Shown: positions 1 to 10,214 of the stretch, piece by piece
Layout of the letters: each line of letters starts with the position of its first letter
Numbering within the stretch: position 1 is the first letter of the stretch
NCBI GenBank assembly: GCA_963717255.1
Contig: CAVQVT010000008.1
Location: forward strand, 4,134-68,133
Source: an uncultured Chloroflexia bacterium
Lineage (GTDB): Bacteria > Chloroflexota > Limnocylindria > Limnocylindrales > CSP1-4
DNA length: 64,000 nucleotides
Direction: 5' to 3'
Translations under genes and position numbers: made by a program
Notes under the pieces: generated by a model
What the model saw: only the letters and a program-made list of their open reading frames with translations
What the model was told of the DNA's origin: nothing
Database searches by the model: none

Positions 1-1716
1 CGCGCGGCCGGAGGCTACGAGGAGGTCCACGCCGGCGAGACAGTCGGCCGCCGGGCCGGTGCCCCAGTCGCGGACGTTGGCGTCGGCGAAGGCCTGGCCG
101 TACCCGTCCGATCCCCGGGGGTTCGCCGCGAGCACGCCCATGCCGGCGCCGGCGAGCACCTGCCACTCCCAGAACGGAGCGCGACCGTACGCCGTCATCG
201 GGCCGCCGTGGATCTGGAGGACGAGGGGTCCGGGGAGCGCCGCGAGCGAGCCGTCCGGGGCGAGCGGCGGGTACCACCAACCCTGGATCGTCCGGCCCTC
301 CACCTCCCAGGTGAGCTCGACCGGCGTGCTGAGCGCGATGCCCGCCAGGGCGGGGCCGTTCAGGTCGGTGGCAGGCGCCAGGTCCAGCGTCGCGGCTCCC
401 GCGGTCCGGGCGGCCTTCTTCGCCTTCGCGCCCTTCGCGCCCTTCCCGCCCTTCGCCCCTCCGTCCTGAGCGGGGACGACGCCGGTGCGCACCTCGGGGA
501 GCCCGGTCGCGGACGACGCGACGACCGCGACGCGTACCGCGCCGCCGGTGACCGCGACCGCGTCCACGGACGACAGGGTCCGGCCCCGGTCCGTCAGGCG
601 CGCCACGCGCCCGGAGGCGAGGTCGAGCCGCCAGAGGACCTGGGCGCCGTGTTCGGGGGCGAGGAAGAGGATGGCGCGGCCGCCATCGGCGACGAGGAGC
701 CGCGGCTCCTCGCCGATCGTCACGTCGCTGTTGATGCCCGCGCCGATCATCAGGTCGTGGCGCGCGGTGAGGTTCTTCCCGCGAGCGGCGCCCGACTCGG
801 ACCCGTCGGCGGCGAAGAGCCACACGTCGTTCCGGTTCCCCGCCGAGACCGGATACCGGTGGCCGAGCGCGGCGATGCGCCGCCCGTCCGGGAGCCACGA
901 CGGAGCGAAGAAGACGCGGCGTCCGCCGCCCGTCACCCGTCGCGGCCGGGGCGGCGCCCCGTCCGCGTCCGCATCCACGACCCAGATGTCGGATCCCCAG
1001 CGCAGATCGCGGCCGGGATCGCGGTCCGAGGCGAACGCGATCCGGCGCCCGTCCGGCGACCAGGCAGGGCTCGCGACGGGGGCATCCCCCGAGGTCAGGC
1101 GACGGGCCGCACCGGTCGCCACGTCCACGATCCACAGTTGCGCCGCCGGGCCGTCGAGGAAGCCGCGCCCGTTGAACTGGAATCCGAGCCGGTCCATGTA
1201 CCGGTAGTCGCTCGGGACCGGCGCCTCGGGCGCCGCGTCCTTCGGCTTGCCGCGCAGGCGGGCGTCGTCCGCGCGGGTCGCACCCAGCGAGGAGCTGACG
1301 ACCGCCAGGCGTGTCCCGTCCGGCGACCACGCGAAGGCGTCCACACCGCGCGGGAGGTCGGTCAGGCGGCGGGCCTCGCCGCCGCCGACCGGCAGCAGGT
1401 GCACCTGCGCCGCGTCCTCGCGCTTCTCGGGCTCGCCCTGCGTCTCCTCGACTGCCGTTCGGCGGTCGGAGATGAACGCCAGGGTCCGGCCGTCGGGCGA
1501 CCAGCGCGGCGCGACGTCGTGACGCCATCCGATGGTCAGGCACCGGACGGGGCCGGAGCCGTCGACGGGCGCGCACCAGATCGCGTGGCGATAGCCGTCG
1601 TGACGCTTCGTCGCCGACTGGACGACGAAGGCGATGGCCGAGCCGTCCGGCGCGAGCCGGGGGTCGGTGGGGACGGAGAAGGAGACGAGGTCGTCGGGAC
1701 GAGCGGTTCGAGACAT
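1..1716 (-). CDS. S9 family serine peptidase (prolyl oligopeptidase / acylaminoacyl-peptidase type). Covers the beta-propeller and the start of the hydrolase domain. The 3' end runs off the window.
   Basis: My own minus-strand translation from the ATG at 1716 reads MSRTARPDDLVSFSVPTDPRLAPDGSAIAFVVQSATKRHDGYRHAIWCAP... Near the window edge it reads ...LVLQIHGGPMTAYG...ANPRGSDGYG (S9 HGGP region). The frame is open to position 1. It is absent from the ORF track because there is no stop in the window. Confidence 0.8.
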   Translation of the reverse strand, partial: MSRTARPDDLVSFSVPTDPRLAPDGSAIAFVVQSATKRHDGYRHAIWCAPVDGSGPVRCLTIGWRHDVAPRWSPDGRTLAFISDRRTAVEETQGEPEKREDAAQVHLLPVGGGEARRLTDLPRGVDAFAWSPDGTRLAVVSSSLGATRADDARLRGKPKDAAPEAPVPSDYRYMDRLGFQFNGRGFLDGPAAQLWIVDVATGAARRLTSGDAPVASPAWSPDGRRIAFASDRDPGRDLRWGSDIWVVDADADGAPPRPRRVTGGGRRVFFAPSWLPDGRRIAALGHRYPVSAGNRNDVWLFAADGSESGAARGKNLTARHDLMIGAGINSDVTIGEEPRLLVADGGRAILFLAPEHGAQVLWRLDLASGRVARLTDRGRTLSSVDAVAVTGGAVRVAVVASSATGLPEVRTGVVPAQDGGAKGGKGAKGAKAKKAARTAGAATLDLAPATDLNGPALAGIALSTPVELTWEVEGRTIQGWWYPPLAPDGSLAALPGPLVLQIHGGPMTAYGRAPFWEWQVLAGAGMGVLAANPRGSDGYGQAFADANVRDWGTGPAADCLAGVDLLVASGRA

Positions 1717-1907
1717 GGCTGGAGTCTACGGGACATCCCCGGCCGTGGCGGGGCCGGGAGGGCCGTGTGGGCCGCCGGGTGAGCCCACCCGGCGGCCGGT
1801 CGCCCCCGGTCGCGCCGGCGGCGGACCGGGGGCCGGAGGGCACGCGCGCGCTGCGCGTCGCGGGGCATAGCATTGAGCCGACTCACGCACCCAGGGAGGG
1901 ACGGAGC

Positions 1908-2819
1908 ATGCGGATCCTGCTCGCTACGGACGGTTCGGTCTCGGCCGATCATGCGCGCGACCTCGTCGCCGACGCCGCGTGGCCCCCCGGCACGGAGATC
2001 CGCGTGGTCGCCGCACTGGACCTGAGCCCCGCCCTGTTCGGGAGCCCCTGGATCCCGGCGGTCCCTCCGGACGCGGACCGGTACGAGGACGAGGCGGTCG
2101 AGGCACTGAGCGACGTGCTGGCGCATGCCGCGGCGGCCCTCTCGGGCCCCGGACGGACGGTCGAGACGGAGCTGCTTCGGGCGACCCCCACGGCGGCGGT
2201 CGTGGACGAGATGCGCTCGTGGTCTCCCGACCTGACGGTGGTCGGGAGCCGCGGGCACGGACCCGTCGGAACGACGCTCCTCGGGTCCACGTCGTCGGCG
2301 ATCGTGGACCATGCGACCGGGCCGGTCCTCATCGCGCGCGGCCGCGCCGTCAGCACCGTCGTCCTGGCCGAGGACGGGTCGGAGGCGGCGCGCGCCGCCG
2401 AGCTGATCGTGGCGACATGGCCCCTGTTCGCGTCGGCGCTGGTCGACGTGGTCTCGGTCGTGGACATCGCGGCGCCGTGGCGCACCGGCATCGCACCGAC
2501 GATGTTCGGGAACGCGATGGACGTCTACGCGGACATGATCTCGAGCGCCCACGACACGCAGGAGGCCATCGCCGCCGAGACCGCCGAGCGCCTGCGGGCG
2601 GCCGGCCGCCGCGTGGAGATGGAGCTGCGGGAGGGCGACCCGGCGACCGAGATCGTCGCGGCCGCGAAAGAGGACGAGGCGGACCTCGTCGTGATGGGCT
2701 CCCGGGGGCACCGGGGGATCGCGCGCCTCGTCCTCGGCGGCGTCGCGCACAGCGTGCTCACGCACGCGCCGTGCTCGGTGCTCATCGTGCGGGACCGGGC
2801 CGCCGCCCACGGCTCCTGA
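1908..2819 (+). CDS. Universal stress protein with tandem UspA domains
   Basis: MRILLATDGSVSADHA... and a second ...VVLAEDGSEAA... half ending GSRGHRGIARLVLGGVAHSVLTHAPCSVLIV. ATG at 1908 is preceded by GGGAGGGA. Confidence 0.85.
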   Translation: MRILLATDGSVSADHARDLVADAAWPPGTEIRVVAALDLSPALFGSPWIPAVPPDADRYEDEAVEALSDVLAHAAAALSGPGRTVETELLRATPTAAVVDEMRSWSPDLTVVGSRGHGPVGTTLLGSTSSAIVDHATGPVLIARGRAVSTVVLAEDGSEAARAAELIVATWPLFASALVDVVSVVDIAAPWRTGIAPTMFGNAMDVYADMISSAHDTQEAIAAETAERLRAAGRRVEMELREGDPATEIVAAAKEDEADLVVMGSRGHRGIARLVLGGVAHSVLTHAPCSVLIVRDRAAAHGS

Positions 2820-2830
2820 TGCGCGACAGA

Positions 2831-2860
2831 CCGGCCGGCCGACGGGACCCGGCCGGCCGG
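2831..2860. terminator. GC-rich hairpin between convergent genes (11-bp stem CCGGCCGGCCG / CGGCCGGCCGG)
   Basis: Inverted repeat read directly in the 63-nt gap between the usp stop and the ABC permease stop. There is no clear U-tract. Confidence 0.4.
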
Positions 2861-2882
2861 CGTCGGGTGAGCGGGGACGCCG

Positions 2883-4321
2883 TCAGCGGCGGATGCGCAT
2901 CGCCGTGACGAGCGTCCGGAGGGTGGGGCGCTGCCCGTACATGAGCACGCCCGCGCTGTACACGCGCGTCGCGACGACAAGCATGAGCATGACGGTCGGG
3001 ACGAGGATCGCGATCGCGATCAGCGGCTCCCAGGGCTGCGCCGTACCGTCGACCATCCGGACGAGCATGACGTAGGGCGACGTGAACGGGAAGTAGGAGA
3101 GGAACACGACCCAGAGCGCCGACGAGCCGGCGGACGTGGCGAAGGTGGCCGCAAGGTAACCCCCCATCGCGATGAACGTGAGCGGGGTGACCACCTGCTG
3201 CACGTCCTCCTGCCGGCTGACGAGCGAGCCGGCGGCCGCGTAGATGAGCGCATACAGGGCGAACCCGAGGGCGAAGAAGACGACGAAGACGACCAGCACC
3301 TCCGGCGTCAGGCCGGCGAGGGTGAGGCCCTCGCTCGACCTGCCCGGCAGGATGGCGTCCGTGATCGGACCCTGGAGCGCGATGCCCGCGAGGCCCGCGG
3401 CCAGGATGCCCGCGTACTGGGTCAGCCCGGCCCCGCCGGTCCCCGTGACCTTGCCGGCGAGCATCTGGCGGGGCGTCGCGGCGCTCAGCATGAGCTCCAT
3501 CACCCGGCTGCTCTTCTCCTCGGCCACGCTCATCGCGACCCACGTCCCGTACGTGATCACGGTGATGAAGATGAGGATGACGAGGATGGTCGACGTGAAC
3601 GTCCTGCTCACGATGTCGGCCGTGCTCTGAGACGACCGGGACGGGTCCGCCGCGGTCACGTCGAAGGTGAGCGGCGCGAACAGACCGGCCGCCTGGTCGG
3701 GCGTCACGCCGAGCCGCTCGATGCGGTCCTGTGCCGCGATCGCGGTCGTGCCCTGGCGCACGTAGTAGGCGATCCTGCCGTCGGCCGACTCGCCCGTCGC
3801 GAACTCGAACACGGGGTCGCCCGCGGCGTTCCGCGTGACGACGACGAGGCCGCCGTACGTCCCGTCGCGGACGGCGGCACGCGCCGCTTCGAGGTCGGTG
3901 GCGGCCGAGACGATGAACTCCGGCGAGGGGCTCGGGGCGAGGCTCGCGGCCGGGTCGGTGGACGGCGCGGTCGACGGCGACGCGGTGACACCGGCGCCCA
4001 CCGTCGCTGCCTGGTTCAGCGTCGCGGAGAGGACAGGCACCGGGTCGAACGAGAGGTGCGCGTCGGCCGCGTAGACCGCGACCTTCGTCGTCATCTGGCC
4101 TTCGATGATGGTCACGAGCGTGGGCACGAGCGCGGCGGCGAATGCGACGAGCATGAGCACGACCGTGCCGAGGTGGAACGCGCGCGTCCGGACGCGCTGG
4201 GTGTATTCGCGGCGCGCGACGATCCCGGCATTCGGGAGAAGCGGCTCGTCCGCGCGTGCCGGGACCGCATCGGGGACCCCGACCTTGCCCTCGGGCGGAC
4301 GGCTTCGCCGCAGGAAGCGGG

Positions 4322-4325
<4 letters not shown>
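2883..4325 (-). CDS. ABC-2 type transporter permease (NatB/YhaP-like exporter membrane subunit)
   Basis: 480-aa ORF with an N-terminal TM segment, a large extracytoplasmic loop and a C-terminal multi-TM block. Its GTG start overlaps the stop of the upstream ATPase gene (GTGA). Confidence 0.75.
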
Positions 4326-5293
<968 letters not shown>

Positions 5294-5462
5294 GCGCCCA
5301 GCGTACCGTCGCCGCGCCCGGAGGGTCCGGAGCCGTCGGAAGCGAGAGTCCGGGCCGGAAGGCCCCGTGCGACCGGGACCGCCGTGGGTGGTACGCCGCG
5401 GCCGCCCGCGGCCGGCGACAGCGCGGCGATCGGCGCGCGGACGAGACACCGGGCGGGCCCGA

Positions 5463-6005
5463 TCAGCGCGGGGACGTCACCGGGTCTGCCGGGATCGCAG
5501 GGTCGGGCGCGGCGATCGCCGTCCGGCAGACGGCGTCCCGAGCGGCGTCGACCGGGGCCAGGCGCCCGAGCGTGTGACGCAGGCTCGCGATCTCGTCCCC
5601 CGGGACGTGCGCAAGGAAGTGCTCGCGAACGCCGCGATGATGAACGGGCTCCGCCACGCGGAAGCGAACCCGGCCCGCGTCCGTGATGACGGCGAACGAC
5701 CCACGGGCGTCGGACGGGCACGTGCGTCGCGCGACGTCGCCCGCGGCCTCGAGCCGGTCCACGAGCCTGGTCACGCCGCTCCGGCTGAGCAGCAGGCTGG
5801 ACGCGAGCTCGCTCATCCGCAGCCGTCCGTCGTCCGCGCGGTCGAGATGCAGGAGAGCCTCGAACTCGGCGAGCGACATGTCGCACTCGCCCTGGAGCTC
5901 GGCCTCGAGCCGCCGCGTGACCGCGGCATGCGCCTGGAGGAACCGCACCCAGGCCTGCATCCCGGGGTCGTCGGTGGCGAGGAGGTCGCCGCCTTTCGTA
6001 TCCAT
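5463..6005 (-). CDS. MarR family transcriptional regulator
   Basis: MDTKGGDLL...MSLAEFEALLHLDRADDGRLRMSELASSLLLSRSGVTRLVDRLEAAGDVAR matches the winged-helix MarR pattern. It lies directly upstream of the ABC-2 exporter genes on the same strand. Confidence 0.85.
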   Translation of the reverse strand: MDTKGGDLLATDDPGMQAWVRFLQAHAAVTRRLEAELQGECDMSLAEFEALLHLDRADDGRLRMSELASSLLLSRSGVTRLVDRLEAAGDVARRTCPSDARGSFAVITDAGRVRFRVAEPVHHRGVREHFLAHVPGDEIASLRHTLGRLAPVDAARDAVCRTAIAAPDPAIPADPVTSPR

Positions 6006-6189
6006 CGGGACGGATGATAGCCGCCGCCGCGAGTAGTTGCACGCGCAATCGGGGTACGGGGTCACGTCGACGGCGCCGCCGGGACGGTCGAGCTCGACGA
6101 GGACGACCTCACGAACTCCTCCGTCGTCGCAGCGCGGCCGTCGTGCGCTCGGCTCGCCCCCGCGGCGCGCACGGGCGGCGCACTCTCCT

Positions 6190-6234
6190 GTGACGACGAC
6201 GACCCCCGGCCCGGCCGGGGGTCGTCGTCGTCAC
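6190..6234. repeat. 45-bp perfect palindrome GTGACGACGACGACCCCCGGCC-c-GGCCGGGGGTCGTCGTCGTCAC
   Basis: Read directly. The arms are 6190-6211 and 6213-6234. The palindrome ends 3 nt before a TACGAT -10-like hexamer (6238-6243) and 16 nt before the ATG at 6250. Confidence 0.9.
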
Positions 6235-6249
6235 GAGTACGATGTGCCA

Positions 6250-6657
6250 ATGCAGGACGCGTCGGCACGGCCCCCCTCCTCCACGTCCGACATGCCCGCG
6301 CGCATCCACGCCGACCGCGACGCCGGGACACTCCGGATCGAATGGGCCGACGCCCACGTCACCACGTACGACGCCGTCACGCTGCGCTGGATGTGCCCGT
6401 GCGCGTACTGCCGCGGCGAGGCGGGCCTGCCGGGCTGGCTGGACACGATGCCCACGCTCACCGCCGACCAGACCCGGCTCGTGGACGTGGGGCTCGTGGG
6501 GCGGTACGCGCTCGCCCCTGCCTGGGCCGACGGCCACGGCCTCGGCTTCTACACGTTCCGCGCGCTTCGCGACGGATGCACGTGCGACGCATGCACGGCG
6601 GTACGCGCGGCCCCGGACGGTGACGCGGCGCCTGCCGGCGCCGGCGGACCAGACTGA
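6250..6657 (+). CDS. DUF971 domain protein (gamma-butyrobetaine hydroxylase-like N-terminal domain)
   Basis: LRIEWADAHVTTYDAVTLRWMCPCAYCRGE... is the typical DUF971 motif. I take the ATG at 6250 as the start. Confidence 0.7.
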   Translation: MQDASARPPSSTSDMPARIHADRDAGTLRIEWADAHVTTYDAVTLRWMCPCAYCRGEAGLPGWLDTMPTLTADQTRLVDVGLVGRYALAPAWADGHGLGFYTFRALRDGCTCDACTAVRAAPDGDAAPAGAGGPD

Positions 6658-6671
6658 AAGGAACAGGAACG

Positions 6672-7022
6672 ATGTTCATCGTGACGACGCCCTACGTGCC
6701 CGGGCATCGCGTCATCGACAGCAAGGGCCACGTGTTCGGGCTCGTCGTGCGCAGCCGGGGCCTCGCGGGCAACATCTCCGCCGGCCTCCGTTCGCTCGTC
6801 GGCGGCGAGATCCACGAGTACACGGAGCTGCTCGAGGACACCCGCCGCCAGGCGATCGACCGGATGGTCGCGAACGCCGTGGCGACCGGCGCCAACGCCG
6901 TCATCAGCTTCCGGTTCGACTCGTCCGAGCTCAGCGGCACGATGTCCGAGATCGTCGCCTACGGCACCGCGGTCATCGTCGAGCCCGACTCGACCTCGAC
7001 CGGCGCCGTCGTCATCGAGTAG
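6672..7022 (+). CDS. YbjQ/UPF0145 family protein (heavy-metal-binding-like domain)
   Basis: MFIVTTPYVPGHRVIDSKGHVFGLVVRSRGLAGNISAGLRSLVGGEIHEYTELLEDTRRQAIDRMVANA is full-length family-typical sequence. Confidence 0.85.
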   Translation: MFIVTTPYVPGHRVIDSKGHVFGLVVRSRGLAGNISAGLRSLVGGEIHEYTELLEDTRRQAIDRMVANAVATGANAVISFRFDSSELSGTMSEIVAYGTAVIVEPDSTSTGAVVIE

Positions 7023-7083
7023 GCTGCAGGGTCCACGGACCTCCGCCGCCACGGCGGAGCCTGGACCGCGGAGGAGCGCACCC

Positions 7084-7464
7084 GTGCTCGGCGCAAGTCG
7101 CGTCATCGTCGTCGTCTTCTCGATCGCGTTCATCGTGGGTGGTCTCGCCCTTGCCGTCGCGTTCCCTGGCGAAGGCGGGATCTTCTCCGGGGCCGTGCTC
7201 GTCGTCATGGGGATCGGCGGCGTCGTCGCCATCGCGTTCGAGCGGATGCGGTACCACTCCGAGGCCGACGAGAAGCCGAGCGACGACCCGGCACGCGCCG
7301 GCGGCGACCCGCCCGGCACCCGACTCCCGCCGAGCTTCCGGCGCACCGACGAGGTCTTCGTCGACCCGTCGTCCGGCGTGACGATGCGCGTGTGGTTCGA
7401 CCCGTCGTCCGGGGAGCGGCGCTACGTCGCCGAGGGCCCGGGCCAGGGCCGGGGCTCCGCGTGA
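7084..7464 (+). CDS. Small membrane protein, function unknown
   Basis: Two hydrophobic helices (VIVVVFSIAFIVGGLALAVAF, GAVLVVMGIGGVVAIAF). The stop overlaps the ppk start (GTGA at 7461-7464). Confidence 0.55.
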   Translation: MLGASRVIVVVFSIAFIVGGLALAVAFPGEGGIFSGAVLVVMGIGGVVAIAFERMRYHSEADEKPSDDPARAGGDPPGTRLPPSFRRTDEVFVDPSSGVTMRVWFDPSSGERRYVAEGPGQGRGSA

Positions 7465-9626
7465 CCGCCGTCCGACCAGCCCCCGCGCGCAGGGCGCCGC
7501 GTCGCCGCGCGCCCGCCGGCCTCCCGTTCCTCAACCGCGAGCTGTCCTGGCTCGACTTCAACGAGCGCGTCCTCCACGAGGCGCGGGACGTCCGCACCCC
7601 GCTCCTCGAGCGCGCCAAGTTCCTGGCGATCTTCGCGAGCAACCTGGACGAGTTCTTCATGATCCGCGTCTCGGGCCTCCGCGAGCAGGCCGCCACCCGC
7701 CCGACACGGCTGTCATCGGACGGCATGACTCCTGCGGAGCAGATCGCCGAGATCCGCACGAGGGTCCAGGCCGCCGTGGCGGAGCAAAGCCGGATCTTCG
7801 AGGACGTCCGTGCGGAGCTGGCGGCGAAGGGCGTCTCGATCGTCGCGTACGCCGCCGTGCCCGAGCACCACGAGGAGTTGCGCCGGCGGTTCGAGGAGGA
7901 GATCTTCCCGGTCCTCACACCCCTCGCGGTCGATCCGGCGCACCCGTTCCCATACATCAGCACGCTCACGCTCAGCCTCGCCGTCGGCGTCCGGGATCCC
8001 GAGACCGGGGATCGCCGGTTCGCCCGCGTGAAGGTCCCGCCGTCGCTGCCCCGGCTCCTCCCGGTGGGCGACGGGCAGTGGGTCACGGTCGAGCAGGTGA
8101 TCGGCGCCAACCTCGACATGCTCTTCCCGGGGATGGAGGTGGAGGAGACGCACCTCTTCCGGGTCACGCGCGACGCCGACTTCGAGATCGAGGAGGACGA
8201 AGCGGCCGATCTCCTGGAGGCGATCGAGGCCGAGCTGCGCCGCCGCCGCTTCGGCGAAGCCGTGCGCCTCGAGGTCGAGCGGACGATGCCCCTCGCCACG
8301 CGCCGGACGCTCCTCCAGGGGATCGGGCTGGCGGACGAGGCGTGCTACGAGGTCGGCGGGATGCTCGACCTCACCGCGCTGTGGACGCTGCACGCGCTGC
8401 CGCGCACCGACCTGAAGGACCCCGAGTGGGTCCCCGTGGTGCCGCGACGCCTGGCGCCGCTGGACGACGACGAGCCGGTCGACGTCTTCGCCGCGATCCG
8501 CGGCGGGGACATCCTGGTCCACCACCCGTACGAGAGCTTCACCGCGACGGTCGAGCGATTCCTTCAACAGGCCGTGGACGACCCGGACGTCCTCGCGATC
8601 AAGCAGGCCCTCTACCGGACGAGCGGCGACTCGGCCATCGTCCACGACCTCATCCGCGCCGCGGAGGCCGGGAAGCAGGTCGTGGTCATGGTCGAGATCA
8701 AGGCGCGGTTCGACGAGGAGAACAACATCATCTGGGCCCGCCGCCTCGAGCAGGCCGGCGCCCACGTCGTCTACGGGATCGTGGGCCTCAAGACGCACAG
8801 CAAGACGCTGCTCGTCGTGCGGCGCGAGGGCGGGACGCTCCGTCGCTACGTGCACATCGGGACGGGCAACTACAACCCGAAGACGGCGCGGCTCTACGTG
8901 GACCTCGGGCTGTTCACCGTGCGACCGGAGATCGCGGCGGACGTCACCGACCTCTTCAACTTCCTCACCGGCCTCTCCCGCCAGCGCGAGTATCGCCGGC
9001 TCCTCGTCGCGCCGGTCTCGCTGCGTCAGCGACTGGCCCAGCTCATCGAGCGCGAGATCGCGCATGCCGAGGCGGGCCGCCCGGCCCGCATCGTCATGAA
9101 GATGAACTCGATCGTGGACACCGCGCTGATCGAGCTCCTCTACCGAGCGAGCGGGGCCGGCGTGGAGGTGGACCTCATCGTCCGCGGGACCTGCTCGCTG
9201 ATCCCGGGTCGGCCGGGCATCTCCGAGCGGATCCGGGTCAGGTCGATCATCGGCGAGTTCCTCGAGCACTCGCGGATCTTCACGTTCCTCAACGGCGGCC
9301 AGCACGAGTGGTACATCGGGTCGGCGGACGTCATGGAGCGGAACCTCGACCGGCGCGTGGAGGCCGTGGTGCCGGTGGAGGACCTGGAGGCGCGCCTCCG
9401 GCTCGCCGAGATCCTGGAGACGATGCTGCACGACGACCGGCGGTCCTGGCAGCTGGGACCGGACGGCCGCTGGCGCCGGACCGAGGAGATCGAGGGCCGG
9501 GAGGGTTCCATCGACACGTTCGCGCGCCTGAAGCGGCTGGCGCGTTCCGCCTTCGACGAGGAGGAGCCGGAGCCGCCGGCGATCGAGAGCGCGACGAGTC
9601 GCGGGTCGATGGACCCGAGGGTCTGA
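7461..9626 (+). CDS. ppk: Polyphosphate kinase 1
   Basis: FLNRELSWLDFNERVLHEA...AKFLAIFASNLDEFFMIRVSGL plus PLD-like C-terminal domains (HSKTLLVVR..., EHSRIF). The GTG at 7461 is translationally coupled to the preceding ORF. Confidence 0.93.
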   Translation: MTAVRPAPARRAPRRRAPAGLPFLNRELSWLDFNERVLHEARDVRTPLLERAKFLAIFASNLDEFFMIRVSGLREQAATRPTRLSSDGMTPAEQIAEIRTRVQAAVAEQSRIFEDVRAELAAKGVSIVAYAAVPEHHEELRRRFEEEIFPVLTPLAVDPAHPFPYISTLTLSLAVGVRDPETGDRRFARVKVPPSLPRLLPVGDGQWVTVEQVIGANLDMLFPGMEVEETHLFRVTRDADFEIEEDEAADLLEAIEAELRRRRFGEAVRLEVERTMPLATRRTLLQGIGLADEACYEVGGMLDLTALWTLHALPRTDLKDPEWVPVVPRRLAPLDDDEPVDVFAAIRGGDILVHHPYESFTATVERFLQQAVDDPDVLAIKQALYRTSGDSAIVHDLIRAAEAGKQVVVMVEIKARFDEENNIIWARRLEQAGAHVVYGIVGLKTHSKTLLVVRREGGTLRRYVHIGTGNYNPKTARLYVDLGLFTVRPEIAADVTDLFNFLTGLSRQREYRRLLVAPVSLRQRLAQLIEREIAHAEAGRPARIVMKMNSIVDTALIELLYRASGAGVEVDLIVRGTCSLIPGRPGISERIRVRSIIGEFLEHSRIFTFLNGGQHEWYIGSADVMERNLDRRVEAVVPVEDLEARLRLAEILETMLHDDRRSWQLGPDGRWRRTEEIEGREGSIDTFARLKRLARSAFDEEEPEPPAIESATSRGSMDPRV

Positions 9627-9635
9627 GGAGGGCGG

Positions 9636-10184
9636 ATGAACGCCGCCGACGGGCCGCAGGAGGTCGAGCTGAAGTACCGCATCACCGGACCGCTGGGGCT
9701 GGAGACCGTCCTGCGGTACGCGGCCGAGGCCGGGTTCCAGGCGGAGGGCGAGGCCGCGGAGGTGCGCGTCCGCGACCGATACATCGACACTGCCGACGGG
9801 CGCCTCGCCGCAGCCGCGGTCGCGGCGCGCCTCCGCCATCGCGCCGACGGAGTCGTCGTCACCGTGAAGACGCCCGGGTCGCGGCACGGGGCCGTCGTGC
9901 GGCGCACGGAGCTCGAGTCCCCCGCGACGGAGTCGCTCGTCCCGACGGACTGGCCGGAGAGTCCGGCGCGCGACGCCGTCACCTCCCACGCCGCCGGCGC
10001 CGACCTCGTGGAGGTCGTGACGCTCGACCAGGTCCGGACGGCCGTGGAGCTCGTCTCCGGCGAGACCCGGGTGAGCCTCACCCTCGACGACGTCACGGTC
10101 GTCGCGGAAGGGCGCGTCATCGACCGGTTCGCCGAGCTCGAAGCGGAACTCGTCGACCGGGGACGAGGCGGCAGCTCCATCTGA
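9636..10184 (+). CDS. CYTH domain protein (triphosphate tunnel metalloenzyme fold), ending at an in-frame TGA
   Basis: QEVELKYRI... N-terminal EXEXK motif and ...FAELEAELV C-terminus. RBS GAGGAGG lies before the ATG at 9636. TGA at 10182-10184 is in frame with the CHAD ORF that follows. Confidence 0.8.
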   Translation: MNAADGPQEVELKYRITGPLGLETVLRYAAEAGFQAEGEAAEVRVRDRYIDTADGRLAAAAVAARLRHRADGVVVTVKTPGSRHGAVVRRTELESPATESLVPTDWPESPARDAVTSHAAGADLVEVVTLDQVRTAVELVSGETRVSLTLDDVTVVAEGRVIDRFAELEAELVDRGRGGSSI

Positions 10185-10214
10185 CTGGCCGAGAGGATCG
10201 AGCAGGACCCGGCG

